Position numbers and translations under genes: made by a program
Notes under the pieces: model-generated
Told to the model about the DNA's origin: nothing
Seen by the model: only the letters and a program-made list of their open reading frames with translations
Database searches by the model: none
Assembly: GCA_046563655.1 (NCBI GenBank)
Contig: CM102290.1
Location: 4,712,001 to 4,776,000, forward strand
Direction: 5' to 3'
DNA: 64,000 nt
From: Yuukianura sp. NJ FZ-2021
Lineage: Eukaryota
Shown: positions 1 to 13,756 of the stretch, piece after piece
How positions within the stretch are numbered: the first letter of the stretch is position 1
How the letters are laid out: the number at the start of each line of letters is the position of its first letter

Positions 1-460
1 CCATGTCATTTCAATCTCCTACAGAGACAATATTGTGTATAAATCTGGTTGAACTCTTTAGAAGTGCAATGTCGAGGCTTGGATTGCTTGCAGGTTTCTC
101 TGCTCTGATTAATCGTTTTCATTAAATATGAGAGCCGGAGTTAAAGTATGCAGTGTTTTGCTGTGGTTTTCTCTGAGGTGTAAATCAATAAGGCATGTGT
201 TGGTCTTAGTGAAAGTTTTTATTACTAAAAGGAGAAAGGTGGTCCACTTTGAAATGGAATTGCAACACATGCTGTGTTCACATAGTAATTCGGCCTTTCA
301 AGCTCCTACACTTCCAATGTTAGGTTGGGTTTCTGCTTGCTTTAGGAGTGGAATGTGTCTTTTGTTCAAGTGAAAGTCAATTAATTCGTGGCCTCTCTCT
401 ATTGTTTTTGTGCAGAAAGGGAAGAGATTGTGGTGTAGTTAATGAATAAAGTTGAGTTAC

Positions 461-2458
461 CGTGAACGTCAATGACAGCTTTGGTTTCAGTTATGGACTG
501 GAACGCCTGGGGCGGAAGATGTCGAATTCTATTGTTGCTTAATTTAATTGCTTCCAGGGAGTGCATCTCAGAGAAGATTGACAATGGAATCGATTCGATC
601 CTGCACAGTTGTCAGTATTGTGTTTTTAAAAGCTTTGAAATTATAAAATAACATTTTCTGAGTATTTTCTTGTGATTTACATATTGTTTTCCAAGGAGAG
701 ATACTTGAGGGTATTTCCAAACCCGCGAAATGAATTGTCTTTCAGTTCAGTGATGTTGTTTGCCTTCATATCAAATTCTCGAAGGCGATGCATCGGTTCG
801 AGTGCAACTGATGGGATTTCATGGACACTGTTGTTGCCAAGTTTGAGCCATTCCAGTCGTTCTGAAATCAATTTTTAAAAAATCTTACAAAATTAAGTTC
901 CATTGGCCGTTTGCAATTTCTTGTTTTCATCTTCTATAATACGTTTCCACTTTATATCTATTTTTGTATGATTCTGAAGAGTGTTACCCTCGAGGCCAAG
1001 AAAGGCTTTGCTGTCAATTCTTGCAATTCGATTGGATTCCAAGTCAAGGGAACTCATACGCGGAAGTGCCTTGAACACGTTTTGTCCCAATTCACTGATC
1101 ATGTTTTGACCCAATTTCAAACTGTCCAAATTCGACAGACCTAAGTGGACAGACAATAATTTTGTTATACCCAAATATTGAAAAAGATTGAGTGAATTAG
1201 TGTCAAAGTTCATTGATTCTTTTTTGTACAAGCCAAGTTAGGTTTCTGGAAAAGGAAAATGACAACTGAGAAAATTTTACCAAAAAAATCCGATTCCTTG
1301 ATAGACTCAATTTTATTTTTCTCCAGCTCCAGTGTAATCAAATTCTGAAGTCTGGAAATTGCCTGAGTCGGAACTGCGTTGAGCCTGTTGCCGCCCAAAT
1401 TGAGATAGATGAGTTCTCTAAACACGTTGGAAAGACATTTCTGAAAAACGTGTTCTTAAGTATGCTTAAGTAAAAAAGTCACTTTGTACAGTTGGATTTG
1501 CTTGTGGTTGCAGTTCTCAAAAAAGAATGTTACCTTTCCACTCCCTCAAAGGCATTGTTTTCAATTTGTTGAATTCGATTTCCATAGAGTGAGAGACGTT
1601 GAAGATGTGTCATGCCAAAGAATGCTTTTCCAAGTATCGTTGCAATGCTGTTATGCTGAATGTTGACATTTCTCGTGCTGTGAAGATGAGAAAGAGCTTT
1701 GGTTGGAATGTCCTTGAGTCGATTCTGGGGTAAATCCAATATGTCCAACTTCCCAGCAACTGCTGTTAGTGACGCTTCATCTAAAACGGCTAGATCTGTG
1801 TTCGTAACGAACAAATGTCGGATATCCATACCTATAATAAATTGAATAAATTTAAATCTGAGTCTGCCAAAATGGCAAGAAAAAACATTCCATCTAAAAC
1901 TCGGCTCTAAAAATTAATTTAAGTTTAAGCTGGCCTGCTAGCCGGTTTTTTTCTCTTTTAGTTTTACACTTTTGTTAGTCGATAGTTCGTGCGAAAGGTT
2001 ACTGTCAAACTTTTGCCTTGAAAATTAATTACTCAAAAGTAACGTAAGAGTTGTGCTACGTTAGGCCAGGGAGCCACAAATTAATTTTTCGATAATCCAT
2101 CACCACTGGTGGTGATTCACCAGCGAATTAGGTTCTGTTGGTGTTCTTTTGAGTGAAAGGTTAGATTATTTAGGTTAGAGTTACTTGTGAAGAGAAAGTC
2201 CGGGAGACGAGGCATATTGTTCCTTTTGAGTGTTAAGTAAGAGATCTCCGTGCCCGGTTGTTCTTTGAAGGCCTTCATGGCCTTCTGAATGGTGTTCATG
2301 TCCGTGTTTTCACAAGTGACGACCAGTGCCTGCTTCACAGTGCAAACACATGGGGCTATGCTTGGCTTCGCTGGACAGAGGAACCGCCCCAGGGTCGTCC
2401 CTGTCACAAGGAGAGTCAGTAGAACGAGCTGTTCCATCCATGTCAATAACCTCATCAT
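461..2458 (-). CDS. Extracellular leucine-rich repeat protein (signal peptide, LRRNT, >12 LRRs); 3' end not resolved and may run off the window
   Basis: Exons 2458-2185, 1831-1534, 1417-1281, 1140-988, 861-681 and 600-461 join in frame through GT-AG introns. Hydrophobic leader MMRLLTWMEQLVLLTLLVTG, LRRNT CPAKPSIAPCVC..C, repeated LxxLxLxxN motifs. Confidence 0.9.
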
Positions 2459-5400
2459 CCTCTGGCCATTCGAAAGTAAAAGGCTCAAGGCACGAGGTTA
2501 GCACTGCTCTAGAGACAAAAACTTCTGGAAGAAAGTGCGATGATGATGATGATGCTGCGGCAGTTCAAGCAGTGCCAAAGGGATCCATGTCCGTCGTTCT
2601 CAAGTCCAAATAGGGAATTCAAGTCTCGTCAACTCACGACGTTTTGTGTAAAAGCCCCACCGTCCTCCACCTTAAACAACGGAAAAGTAAAGGGAATCAA
2701 TGGACTTTCTACTTAACTCCCGCGTCCTTGTCGCATCTTTTCCATTAGCTGATGAGCCCTTCTAATCCTCCACTGTCCCATCAAAAGACTCTGTCTCTAA
2801 GAAAATACAGTTTACAAAAATGTGTTTCAGTTTTCTTGGCTTTTAGACTTTTTTTTTGTTTCTCTTGCACTCCAAAGTTCACTTTTTCTACTTTATAACT
2901 TTCACTCCGGAGAGAGCTATAAGGTACAGGGACACTTAAGTTCAAAAGGAATTCCAAATTCCTAAAAATAGAAACACAATTTAGAAAAAGAGAAGAAAGA
3001 AATTGCAGTTGACACTTGAATTTTAAAGTTGATGAAAACCAAATACTAGATTAATGGAAAATGACAGTCTCCGCTTCAAACTACGTCACGGAGTTATGTT
3101 TAGAGAGGCATTTGGGCCTGTTCCGTTAAGCCCTTAACTGAACCTGGCTTTTAGTAGCTAGGCGAATCTAAGGGATGACTTAAGGCTGCTCATGACACTG
3201 ACACAATGTGATAAGTAGCGACACTGCCTTTTTCAGTTTGCGTGCTTTGAGACTCTCGGAAAGCTAAAGTCAGAAAGGCTTAAGCGTCTTGGCTGTCTTC
3301 ACGTTCTAATTTGTACTCAACTTTTTAAGCTTCCTTAAGCACTGGCGCAGCGTTGTGCTTTCTAAAAAAACAGCAAGGGATGTCCCTGCGGCTTTCTAGA
3401 ATCATCTTTGGCTATTATGTAGCAGATAGGACTTTTATATGAGAGAGCTCCAAGTTGAAGTCTTTAAGCTCTAAGCTTTTGTATCTACCAATCTAGCATT
3501 ACAACTTTTGTGTGTGTGAAGTGGAACTTTCTAAGGAAAAGTAAAAGTTTTGGATGAAATTTTCCTGCAGATGGGTAATTCACATGATTCGTTGCATGGT
3601 TTCCTCAGATTTCTTTTTTTGTAACAAAATGCAAAGTTTTTTTTGTGGTAAAATTTTTAAAAATTCATTTCTTTTACATATTTTTTTCAGAATACAAACC
3701 AGTCTCCGCCGGGTTACGCCGAAAGCCGGCATTTAAGCTCCATTTTCTTCGAGAGATAATGTTTGTTTATTTATGAAAGGAGAGCTGTGAGCCTCAAGGG
3801 AAATTTTGACGTAGGTTAAAAATATTGACTTTTCAAAATAGTTTGTTAAAGGGCAAAGTTGAATCCAAGTTAAAAGATGGAGTAAAGCCAAGTCACATCT
3901 TTTAACGAAAAAGTGTAACGTGAACCCAGTGAAACTAATAACGTCCTAGTTTATTGTAACACCCAAAAACTAAGCCTTTGGAAATAATAATAAGTTCTCT
4001 TTAGTTGGACTTTTTTCTCTCCGTGAACGAGTTTTCCCAACTTTTCTGCACGATAGTTACGGTCGTCATGAATGTTCAACAGGGAAGTTTCACAAGGTCA
4101 AAGGTTCTCTAGGTACAAGCACTAACAAATCTTTTGTTGCCAAAGTTTTCCGCTCATCAATCATTTCTTTAACAGTGAAAGCCTTCTGTTCCTTTCTCAA
4201 ATTTTGCTACACAGGAAGTGATGATGAAGGTGATTACATCCTGTACCTAAACTTTCGTCTTTTTGTACGAGTACTTGACTTTCCTTGTTTTCTCTTCGCC
4301 TAACCTAACTTGGTTTTTCTTGTGCTAAAATAGCATGAAACTAGGAAGGCGTTGTAGGAAAGTCATAAAATAGAGAGAGAAAGTTGGCTCTGGGATTCTT
4401 ATTTTTGGAGGGAAGGAGGATTGGGGCTACTTTGCATCAAAATGTTATCTAGATTCAGTAAGAGTAGGGTTTAAAAAGGAGAAAGTGGGGAAAGCAGCAC
4501 TTTGGCTTTGTTTCCAATTACCAGCCACGCTGGGTCAAAGGTTCACCCGGACATAAAATTGGCATCTCTGCCTTGAACAGAAAAAACTTCGATTTTTATG
4601 TCCTCCAGGGAACTGGGGACATTGGCTCAAAGTAAAATCCCGTTTGAAAAAATGAGTGTAACACAGTACCTTGCTAAGCAAATGGAGTTTAAAATAGGAC
4701 TTCGCCTACTCCAAGTCGCTTACGTCTAAATCTACATTTTTCCAATACATTTTGTTCCCGAGAGAGGCAAGGAAGAAAGTCGTTATTCGGTACAGTCAAC
4801 CAAGAAATCTAAATTTCTCAACGAAGCGCATACAATACTTGCCTTATTCTTCCATGTTCTTCACTCCAATGACTAATAAATGACGCTTACGATTAGACAT
4901 AACTCTGTAGATATGCTGTGGCATAGGCAGATCTCAAATTCCTAACATTTTGAGAGAAGGTTTTCAACAACCCTAGCATAAACGTAGTCCACAATTAAGT
5001 TTTGTTTTAATTAATTTCCGTTTTCATCAATCTAATAACCTTGTCGTATCATCGTTTTAAGTTTGTTGGACGGCCTGACCAAACCAGCCGCATTGTAATA
5101 ACCTTAGGGTTTTGGACAACATTAGTTTTCAAATTGGATGTCTAGAAAGTTGTTAAGTGTGTTCACAAATTGAGTTAGTGGAGAGCAGGAGGATGTGGAA
5201 ATGTACTGCGAAAGTAATTGAGCCGAGTCAAACCAATATTGAAATGCAATTCAGGAACTTCCCGATGTTGGTAGACTTAAAAGCTATGGTTTCAAAATCT
5301 AGTCGAACTAACCTATTTTGTTCTAAGCTGGTGGTAGCGGTGCGGTCGTAGCGGTGAGCATGGGATGGTGAGTAAAAGAAGTAGGTAAACAATAAGCCTG

Positions 5401-6321
5401 TGGCGGTGTTCATCAATTGGTGATGAGGGAGTGGCATAGGCACAGGCGTTGGAAATTGGCCATTGGAGAATTCTTTTGGCCGCCATGATAGTTCTTTTTG
5501 CCTACGTTAGTTATGTTAGGCTTTCCACCTAACCTAACCGTAATGGGTTTTATTTAGACCAATTTCAAAGGTATAAATGTTACCCAACAACTGCGTAGTT
5601 TTTTTTTCAATTGAAAACTGACTCCACTATTTCTCAAAACTACACAGAACAGTATGAACTTTGAAAGGAAATTCTCTACTACCATGGACGCTTTTTATCC
5701 TTCTGTTGCCAAATTCTATCAAGCGTAATGGAAACCGGAACCACTAACTTTTTTTGATCTTTTCGAATTTGTGGAAATTGAATCTCAACCCTTTAATTCT
5801 GGTTCGGTTAACTGGAGTTCTGTCTGCATTGCCCCAGTACATTAGTTAGCATTGCTTTCGGTAACTGGAACATGCGCAGAGGTCAAGTTTTGTTGTGACT
5901 CTAGGCAGAGTGGGTTCAAGTATTATCAGAAAAGTTGTGTTGGGTTTTTGTGTTTGTTAGGTCGGGTTAGGATAGACAGTGACTGATGACCTCAGGAAAT
6001 GGAACATTGGTGTCCAACGATACTAGCCCTCTATATGCTCATTTCACATGGACATTTTTCATTCACTACTTCTGACACTGTTTTTCTTAATCCAGAATTC
6101 TAGTAGACCATTTGTAAAAACAATATTTGGAAAATGTTATTTCCCGTGAGAACCATAGACCTCACCTGCGGTATTTACTTTATGCGTTTGCGTCAAAACA
6201 TTTGCAACTAAAATGCTCACAATTTTTTTTTTTAAATTCGTGACTCTTGTTCAATTCCTGGTTTTATTCGTTTTTTCTTTCCATTTGCATTTTAGAATTT
6301 GTGTTGAAAATATGCCGTTGA

Positions 6322-6850
6322 TTATTAAGTAGCGAAAGTGTGAGCTACTTTATGATTTTGCACGAGGATGTCTGTCTGTCCGTTTGTCCGTGTGCTGGGT
6401 GTGCTATAACTCTGGAAGCACTGGATTTTCAATCTGCCTTCGCAGATCCAGGGTCCAGGGGAGACTAATCAGTTTTTGTTTGACCGGAAATTAGAACACT
6501 TCCGGGTCAAAGGTCAAGGTCAAGTACATTTGTGACAGAAAACAAAAATGACCCGTATAAAAGTTGTTCACCTCGTTGACTCGGGCAACTTTTGTGTATG
6601 TGACCTTGACCTTTGACTTACGATTCCAGTGATACAGACATTGTAATTTGCAAAATGGCGCCGCTCATGCTACGATCGTCTATAACTCTGGAAAAACTTG
6701 ACCGATTTTTAATCTATCTTTGCAAATGAACTTCATATGGTCCATTGGTGATTAACGGCTTTCCGGTTTGGCCGGAAGTACACAGCTTCCGGGCTGTGGA
6801 CTTTAATTTCCTTTCGCTACTTACATACGGCGTTGAAAACGATTTAGTTT
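6322..6850. mobile_element. Non-autonomous Helentron / DINE-1-like (HINE) element
   Basis: Perfect 13-bp subterminal inverted repeat TAAGTAGCGAAAG (6326-6338) / CTTTCGCTACTTA (6811-6823). Adjacent 5' partial inverted copy GCTACTT, a GTCT/GTCC microsatellite near 6369-6390, two internal TATAACTCTGGAA units, a short 3' stem-loop CGTTGAAAACG, and a TAGTTT end. Confidence 0.8.
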
Positions 6851-9800
6851 GCATCCGAAATCTCAAATAAAATCATCTCAGCCACCCCAATTTTTGTGCA
6901 AAAAATATTATGCTTTTGAGAATACAAGCGCCTTTTTTGGTGCCGGATTTCGCTAATTATTGAAAACCCGACTCCTGAAATGCGTTTTCGAAAGTTCGTT
7001 CTTCTGCATAAATGGTAAGCCGCAAGGTTATTTAGTTTGTCTGACTAGGAATGTAAGTTAGCCATCCCACTTCCTACTAACGTGACCTCTTGTGTTAAAT
7101 TGATAATGTCCGGTTGTTCCTTTCGCTTGTGAGAGCCTCTCACTTGAAATGCAGCATCTCGTCAACAATTTTGGTTAGAAGAGTAGCGGTTGACCTCGTT
7201 TATAAAGCTTCTCTGTGCTTTATTGCAGATGAAAGTGGGAATGGAGGAATAAATTAAACTAGATTAGGTTTCACGATATCCTGTTTGGACTTAGGGAAGC
7301 GAATTCCAAATGGACTCATTAAATCTAAATCAACCAAACCCAGAGTCACTACTGTTCCTTTGATTTTGTCTAAGTGACAACACAGAAGCAAGGTTTAGCT
7401 AATGACAGCTTTCACTTTATGGAATCCAAAGACCACTCGATCTCCAGGGATGGAAATCGTGATGGTGCAAGGCTAACATTAGATTTACTTTCCCCACTGT
7501 CGAACAGAGGAGGCCATTAGTGGGTCATTTTCGGTGGGAAATGGTTGGAAGTTACTACTGGAACTGGATTGCACGCTGTCCAAATCCGAAAGAGACAAAT
7601 TACATTGGATCTCAGAGGCTCAAGCTTAGTGCATGTCGGATAGAAAAGTTTATGTCGACAGTGACCACTTTTTCTACTATCATCTCTAGAGTGTTATTAG
7701 CGTCCTCCTGCAGCGCCCCATTTTTTGAAAGTAGCCACGAAAACATTTTCCAAGTTTAGTGCGTGATTAGTCTCACTTAATCCAAAACTTTGTTGTTTCC
7801 TACTTCGCTCTGTAAAAACCTCATACTAACGATCCAAACTTTGAAGTTTTTAGTTCAAACCCCCACTGTTTTCTCTGTCCCTGGCCCCTTCTGTTGTGGA
7901 ACCTAATTTCAATCTTAAAATTTCATTTTTGAGGAAGTCAAAACCCACTTTCCCGTTTTTGGCCTTTTGCAACTTTAGCTTCAGAACGTAACCTCAAACT
8001 TTTTTTTTCATCGTACCGTCGGGAGAGAGTTATGGAAATGAGGCTTACGAAAAATTTTGAGGTTCGTTGGGTTCTGGTGGGCCATTTTACGGCTCTAAGA
8101 AATTAAATTTTAAAAATAATTTAAAAAGACAGACATAGTCGTTTCCTTACCTATGCTTGTGATTCAGGAGAAAGTGGGAGAGTGGCCATAAATGGCCAAC
8201 TGATCCTACGGACTCTCTCTGACCAACCTTAGGTTCAGATTACGGTTTGTCAGACTTATCCAAGTTCCTGGAGGACTGCTGGAGACTGACTGGAGTCGCA
8301 GCCTGGGTTCACTTCTCAAGACTTCTAAACAAGTTACGTTAGGTTGGGTACAGCTTGAGCTACTATACATGCTACTAGGCTGGAAGGGGAAAGCAGAAGA
8401 TGAGGTTTTAGCTCCTAGACGCGGCTGGATCCTTCTAGGACTGCTTTTTAGAACGCTTAAATTCTGGCCTGAAGTCTAGCTGCGTTTTTTCGTACCACAG
8501 ACGCTGCTTTTCCACGCTGTTCCTGGAGAAAGCATAAAAACAATTTTGATCTGGGTTTCCTGATTTACGACTGGAGAGAACGCAGACGCCGTCCCACCAG
8601 TTCTTCATCCCACTGTAAAATGGAATATGTATATAACTTATTTACGGTTCCCCTCCTCCCGTCAAAAGAAAAATACATGGGAAGGTGGGTTCAGCCTCCA
8701 CCAATTATTTTTACTTAGGTTCCGACAGTCGTAATCGTCTGGAGGTGGAAGTGGTTTTCACATAAAATTCACACCGTTTGTCTTTTTTTCTGGACTTTTT
8801 CAAATTTTTCAAGACAGGGAAAAAATTCAAAGGAAAACAACTTTTAACTTTTAGAACCTTGGCTTCTCCAAAAACTTTCACTGGAGCTAAACAAAATCTG
8901 CTTTCATTTTTGTTCTTCATCATTTCTTTTTCTTTTTGATAAAGAGGTCGAAGGTTCCTTTTCAGGCAACCTAAAAACATTTGAAATCTTTGAGACGATG
9001 CATGATTACTTTACGCAAGTTTTTGAAATTTTTGTATGTTTCTGGCATTAAAATTAGCAAAATTGATGCAATTTGCTAATTTTCTACAGATGAGACTATG
9101 AAACCGTGGAATTAGGTTACTTAGGTTGTCACAATTTTGAAGCAACTGAGACGCGTGACTGAAATGAGGTTGGCAAATATTAGTTTCTGTGTGACAATAA
9201 ATTGGCCCAATTCAGTTCCAAGTGAAAGGTAGCTTTCACTGTTTCCATATCCAACCAGAATTTAACAACCAGAGGCGTGTGGGTTCCTACTTAATTTGGA
9301 GTGTCAATTCAAAGCAGTAGTTTCAACTTGAGAGTTAGTGTGGAATCATCCTGAAGTCATTCATATTTAACTTAGGTTTTAGTCTTTAGACTGTGCTTTA
9401 CCCTAAGGTGTTGGACTTGAATAGCTTGCACTTTCGAAACCACCTAAAATCCATTATTATATTGTCGGAATCCATTTTACAACTCAGGGGAAACGACAAA
9501 AGTTTTTTTTTGAATTTCGAAATCGGAAATAACATTTCAGTTTGATACGGTGACTGTAAAACGGACTTACGCTTCATCTGTCTAAACAAAATCTAGCTAC
9601 ATTTTTGGTGTCTCGGATTCTGAAAATTAAAATTCGGTTGAATTAGTTGAGATTTCCCAAGACACAAATTAAAAATGGAAGAAGGGGCACGTCCATCTCT
9701 TTGGTTTGACGACAAACTGAAACGTGTATGTCCTCACTTGCATAATTTACACTACCGAGATGTGTAAGGAAGAGCTTGACTTTCTAACGTTGATCTTTGT

Positions 9801-10002
9801 ACTGAGATTACGCTTTCTCCAGGACAGATTTGTACCTTTGACTTTCTCATTAGACCAAATGAACTCGCTCGGATCAGAATTTTGTTGAAACTTTTGAAGA
9901 CTTTGAAGCCCCTTCTTCAGTGTTACTCCGTTGCTAGCAAACAACAAATTTGAACTTTTGATGTTTTTAATTTCTAATTCTTGAAAAACTTTTTATTTTC
10001 AG

Positions 10003-13000
10003 GTGGGCGTGGCTGTTTTCACCGCCTAGGCGTTTATCGGCAACGGACTTTCTTTTACTACAAATGTAACATCTATTTCAGTCTAAATTCTTCCTCGACT
10101 GCCGAAACGACTTGCAGTACCATTCGGTAAGTAAAATTTTTTTTAAGTTAAAAAATATCAAAAAAGAAGAAGGGTAAGAATAGAAAACAAAATTCATTGG
10201 GTATGAGTAAGACCAATAATTTTAAATGAGAAATTTAGTTTTCTAAGAAAACTTTTTTCTTCATTCATTGGATAGTTAGTGAAGTTAACAAAGTCGTAGA
10301 AACTCTAGACAAGGGAATTTTGAGTTTCGTTTTTCTAAAAAAAAAGTAGAAAAAGCAAAGTTTTTCTCCTGTTGAAAGAAACAGGTCACAAACTTTCTGC
10401 CACACTTTTCATGGGAAGTTCCTTTTGTAACAGGATTTGTCACCCACTCCCTTTCCATAGATTCTAAAGGACTCTAGAAAATCTTGAATACGCTAGTATG
10501 CTACACTTTTGAACTAACATTCGGAAGAGAAATGTCAGGGATAAGTACTTCAATCTGGCACTCCCATTTCTCATTGCATTATGATCATTTCATTTCACTT
10601 GGTTGGACAACACGCAACTTTAGACCTTATACAAACTTGCACGAATCCAACAACAGGTTAGAACTCCTTTTCTCACATTAAAAACCACTAGTTACTTTCA
10701 CAAACATTTTCACCAGCATGGCATTTATGGTGGCCAGTCCTCTACCAGCTTATGTCCAAGCATCACATGTTTGACAAACTTAGTTTACTTATTTCTTCTT
10801 TTTTTTTTTTTGTAATTTATGGTTTTTGAAAATATATTTGAAAAAATATTTTTGGTATTTTTTGTCCTGACAAATTGTTTATGACAACGAGAGATCGAAT
10901 TTCAAAGGGAACTCTTTTTTTTAGCAAACACTTTGAGAGAAAGTAAACAATAAGTTCAAAGGAACCTTTGTAACTTCACATAGAACTTCGTTCTTTAGAA
11001 AAAATTTCTAAGGAGCAACGGTTTGTTCTAAGCGTCAACAACCATTTTTGTCTGAAATTAACGAAAGATAGGCCCCTCTTCAGTTTCCGAGCCGAATGGA
11101 GCTCCACTACAGCTTTGATAGGAAGATTTATGTCGGATGTGATGACATTTCCTAAGAAGGAATTTTAGGATTTTGTATTCTGTTGTAAAAGTTCTGTGAG
11201 AACACAAGTTATAACACAAAAGTTGTTGTAGATGTATTTTTTTTTGTGAAAAGTTACGAGGCATGGAACGTGCCTAGATTACATTGTTAGAAGGGGAGCC
11301 CTTAGCTAGGGCGTTGAACACCCTAAGGTAGAGACCTAGTCTCGGCGTATGGCCTTCGCCCCGATCGATACTTTCTCCATTCTCTGTCCTTTCTCTCTGG
11401 AATTTTCAAGAAATGGGAGAAACGGTTTGTATTACAGAAAAAACGCAACAGAAAAAATACATCTGAACCAAATGCAATCAACAGCAAAACCACTAACAGG
11501 ATTTTCTCAAGGACCATACAAAATTGATCACGCTCAGATCGTGTAGATTAGAACGACAAAAAAGACAAGGTTTTGGCCAATTCATGGAATTTTGGACAGG
11601 AATGTGTAAGTTAAATTTAGATGTTTTCGGTACGACTTGAAACTTTCATAGAAGTTATAAAGTTAATCATTGGTTCTCATCGCAAGGACGTTTTTTGGCA
11701 GTAGCTTTCCATTGTTGAAATGTTGGCCACTGGTGCACACAATGCGGGATTAGTTCGTATTGTACTTGGATTTTCATTAACCTTTGGTTTGGTTGTGCTT
11801 TTGCTGTAACTTGGTCTCTGTTCCTTAAAAATTAGATTTCACAGATGGTGAAATTTTACCCGTAGAAAACCTAATGAAATTTTCTGAGAAGTCAACCCAG
11901 TGAAGTTGAGAACAGGAAAAGGAAATGGTGTTTTCATTTCTCTTTTGCTTTCACTTTCAGGACAGATACAGAGCATTTTTACTACAGTAAGAAACGAAAC
12001 TTCATGTGGGCGCTACTTTGTCGATTTCACAGAAATGAAATGAAACGAAAAAGCTGCAATGTTTTTTTTGAGAATAGATTAGCGTTAATTAACGTTAATT
12101 GTTGCTTTAATTTTAGAATCTTTAGCCCGTTGTTTCCAAGAATCTTCTTGAAAAATACACTGTACATGATACTACATTTCCTTAAGGGAAATTGATAATT
12201 AAGTTGTTCCGTCCTTCTACTCACAAAGGAAATGGACAAATGCGACCTTCCGGAAAATCATGAATTTGTCTTTGTCAGGATCCATCCATGTGCTACTTTC
12301 ACTACAAAATGTACTTCTTAAAGTCGTTTTCATCTTTTTTCCACAGTTTACTTCTGGAGACAGCCAAGAGACATTTGCTAAATGTTCAACTGGACAAAAT
12401 TTTTAATGTTACCACTGATGGAAACATTACTTATGCCGCTCCTTTGGAAAAGTAAGTACAATGGAAAGTTCTCAGTAAGTACAAAGGAAAAAGATGGAAA
12501 TCCATTAGCTCAAATTGCCAATATTCTAAAAATCCCCAACAAAATCTTGGTGAAAGGAGCATTTTGCACGAGTTTACTTTTCACGAAAATCTCAAACTTC
12601 ATTCTTTAGGAAAGACTCGGAGTATGTAAGAAAAAAAGTGTAGTGAAAGTTTTCTTTCTTCATTGAAAAGTTTTTGAGAGTAATAGTTTGATCAAATCCG
12701 ACAACTTTTCAAATAGGATTACGAATTCAACAGTCAAAAGTGAGAATTGTATCGGATGGAGGTTATAACGTTTGACGACAACATGAAGTTTTGGGGCTAT
12801 TGACGGAGTCATGTATTGAACATGACCATTTAGTGTCAACTTTGTTTTAAATTGCTTGAACACTGTTTTCTTTAAGAAACGACGGCCTGGAACCAATAGT
12901 GACGCAGCAGACTACTTTCGCAAATCCGAAACCCAACAACAGGAATGCAGAAGAGAAAGTTTGCACTCAAGAGTTAAATGGTTTGCACTTCAAGTTTGTT

Positions 13001-13471
13001 CATTTCAGACACCAGTTAATAGCCGCAGAATTCACGTATGTTCTTCTGTATTAAAAAAATGTTTAAATTTTTTTTTTTGAAAATAAATGGTTTAAGATCT
13101 TAATTTTTTTCCAATTTCAGCGAAAAGGAAGTGACGCAGCAACGGAGTGCTCCTTTAGTATTTTCGATTGAAATTCGTTCTGAGTCCAGTGATGTAGATC
13201 CAAAGTACTTTAGCAAGTTATCCAGGTAAGATTATTTTAAACGTTAATTGAAATGAATCAAATGAGTATTGCTAAACAGCTGACATATGACAGATTTTGG
13301 TACACATTCTACTACTCACCCTGTGAAAACGACATTTGCTGGAAGGATATGTTCAGATTTAGTCTCCGAGAAGACCTGTACAGTGACTACGTGACTACAA
13401 TCGTAGCGATTTCCATTATCCCGCTACTCGGAACTGTCATCACCTACGCACACTACCGAGGACGATTCTGA
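10003..13471 (+). CDS. Uncharacterised multi-exon protein with C-terminal transmembrane helix; 5' end and some internal exons unresolved
   Basis: Candidate exons 10003-10126, 12347-12451, 13009-13035, 13121-13225 and 13294-13471 have AG/GT boundaries (four with GTAAG or GTATG donors) and compatible phase-2 junctions. The product ends ...YVTTIVAISIIPLLGTVITYAHYRGRF*. Confidence 0.55.
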
Positions 13472-13756
13472 ATTCTTCAATCAAACAACTATAACTCAAT
13501 TAGTTAAGTTTTATACTGAATTAAGGTCAACCCAGGTTAGTTACTGTGTTAGTCTGAGACCTTATATAAAACAATATTTTGTCTTTTTTTAATTCGTGAT
13601 TCCGAAATTCGGATTTTTTTTCCTTTATGCCACTTTTGAATAACATATAACTGGATGAAGCCGTGTTCCTGTTCTTCGAAATAACAAAATAGCGTGTGCT
13701 GGCCAGTACTGCCTGATGTTAGTCACGCGTAATGGTAGGATGAGAGATGAGCTGAT

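Noticed and set aside
4290..9130. Scattered TTAGG/CCTAA motifs as interstitial telomeric sequence
   Set aside because: Only 2-3 imperfect units per site; no true array.
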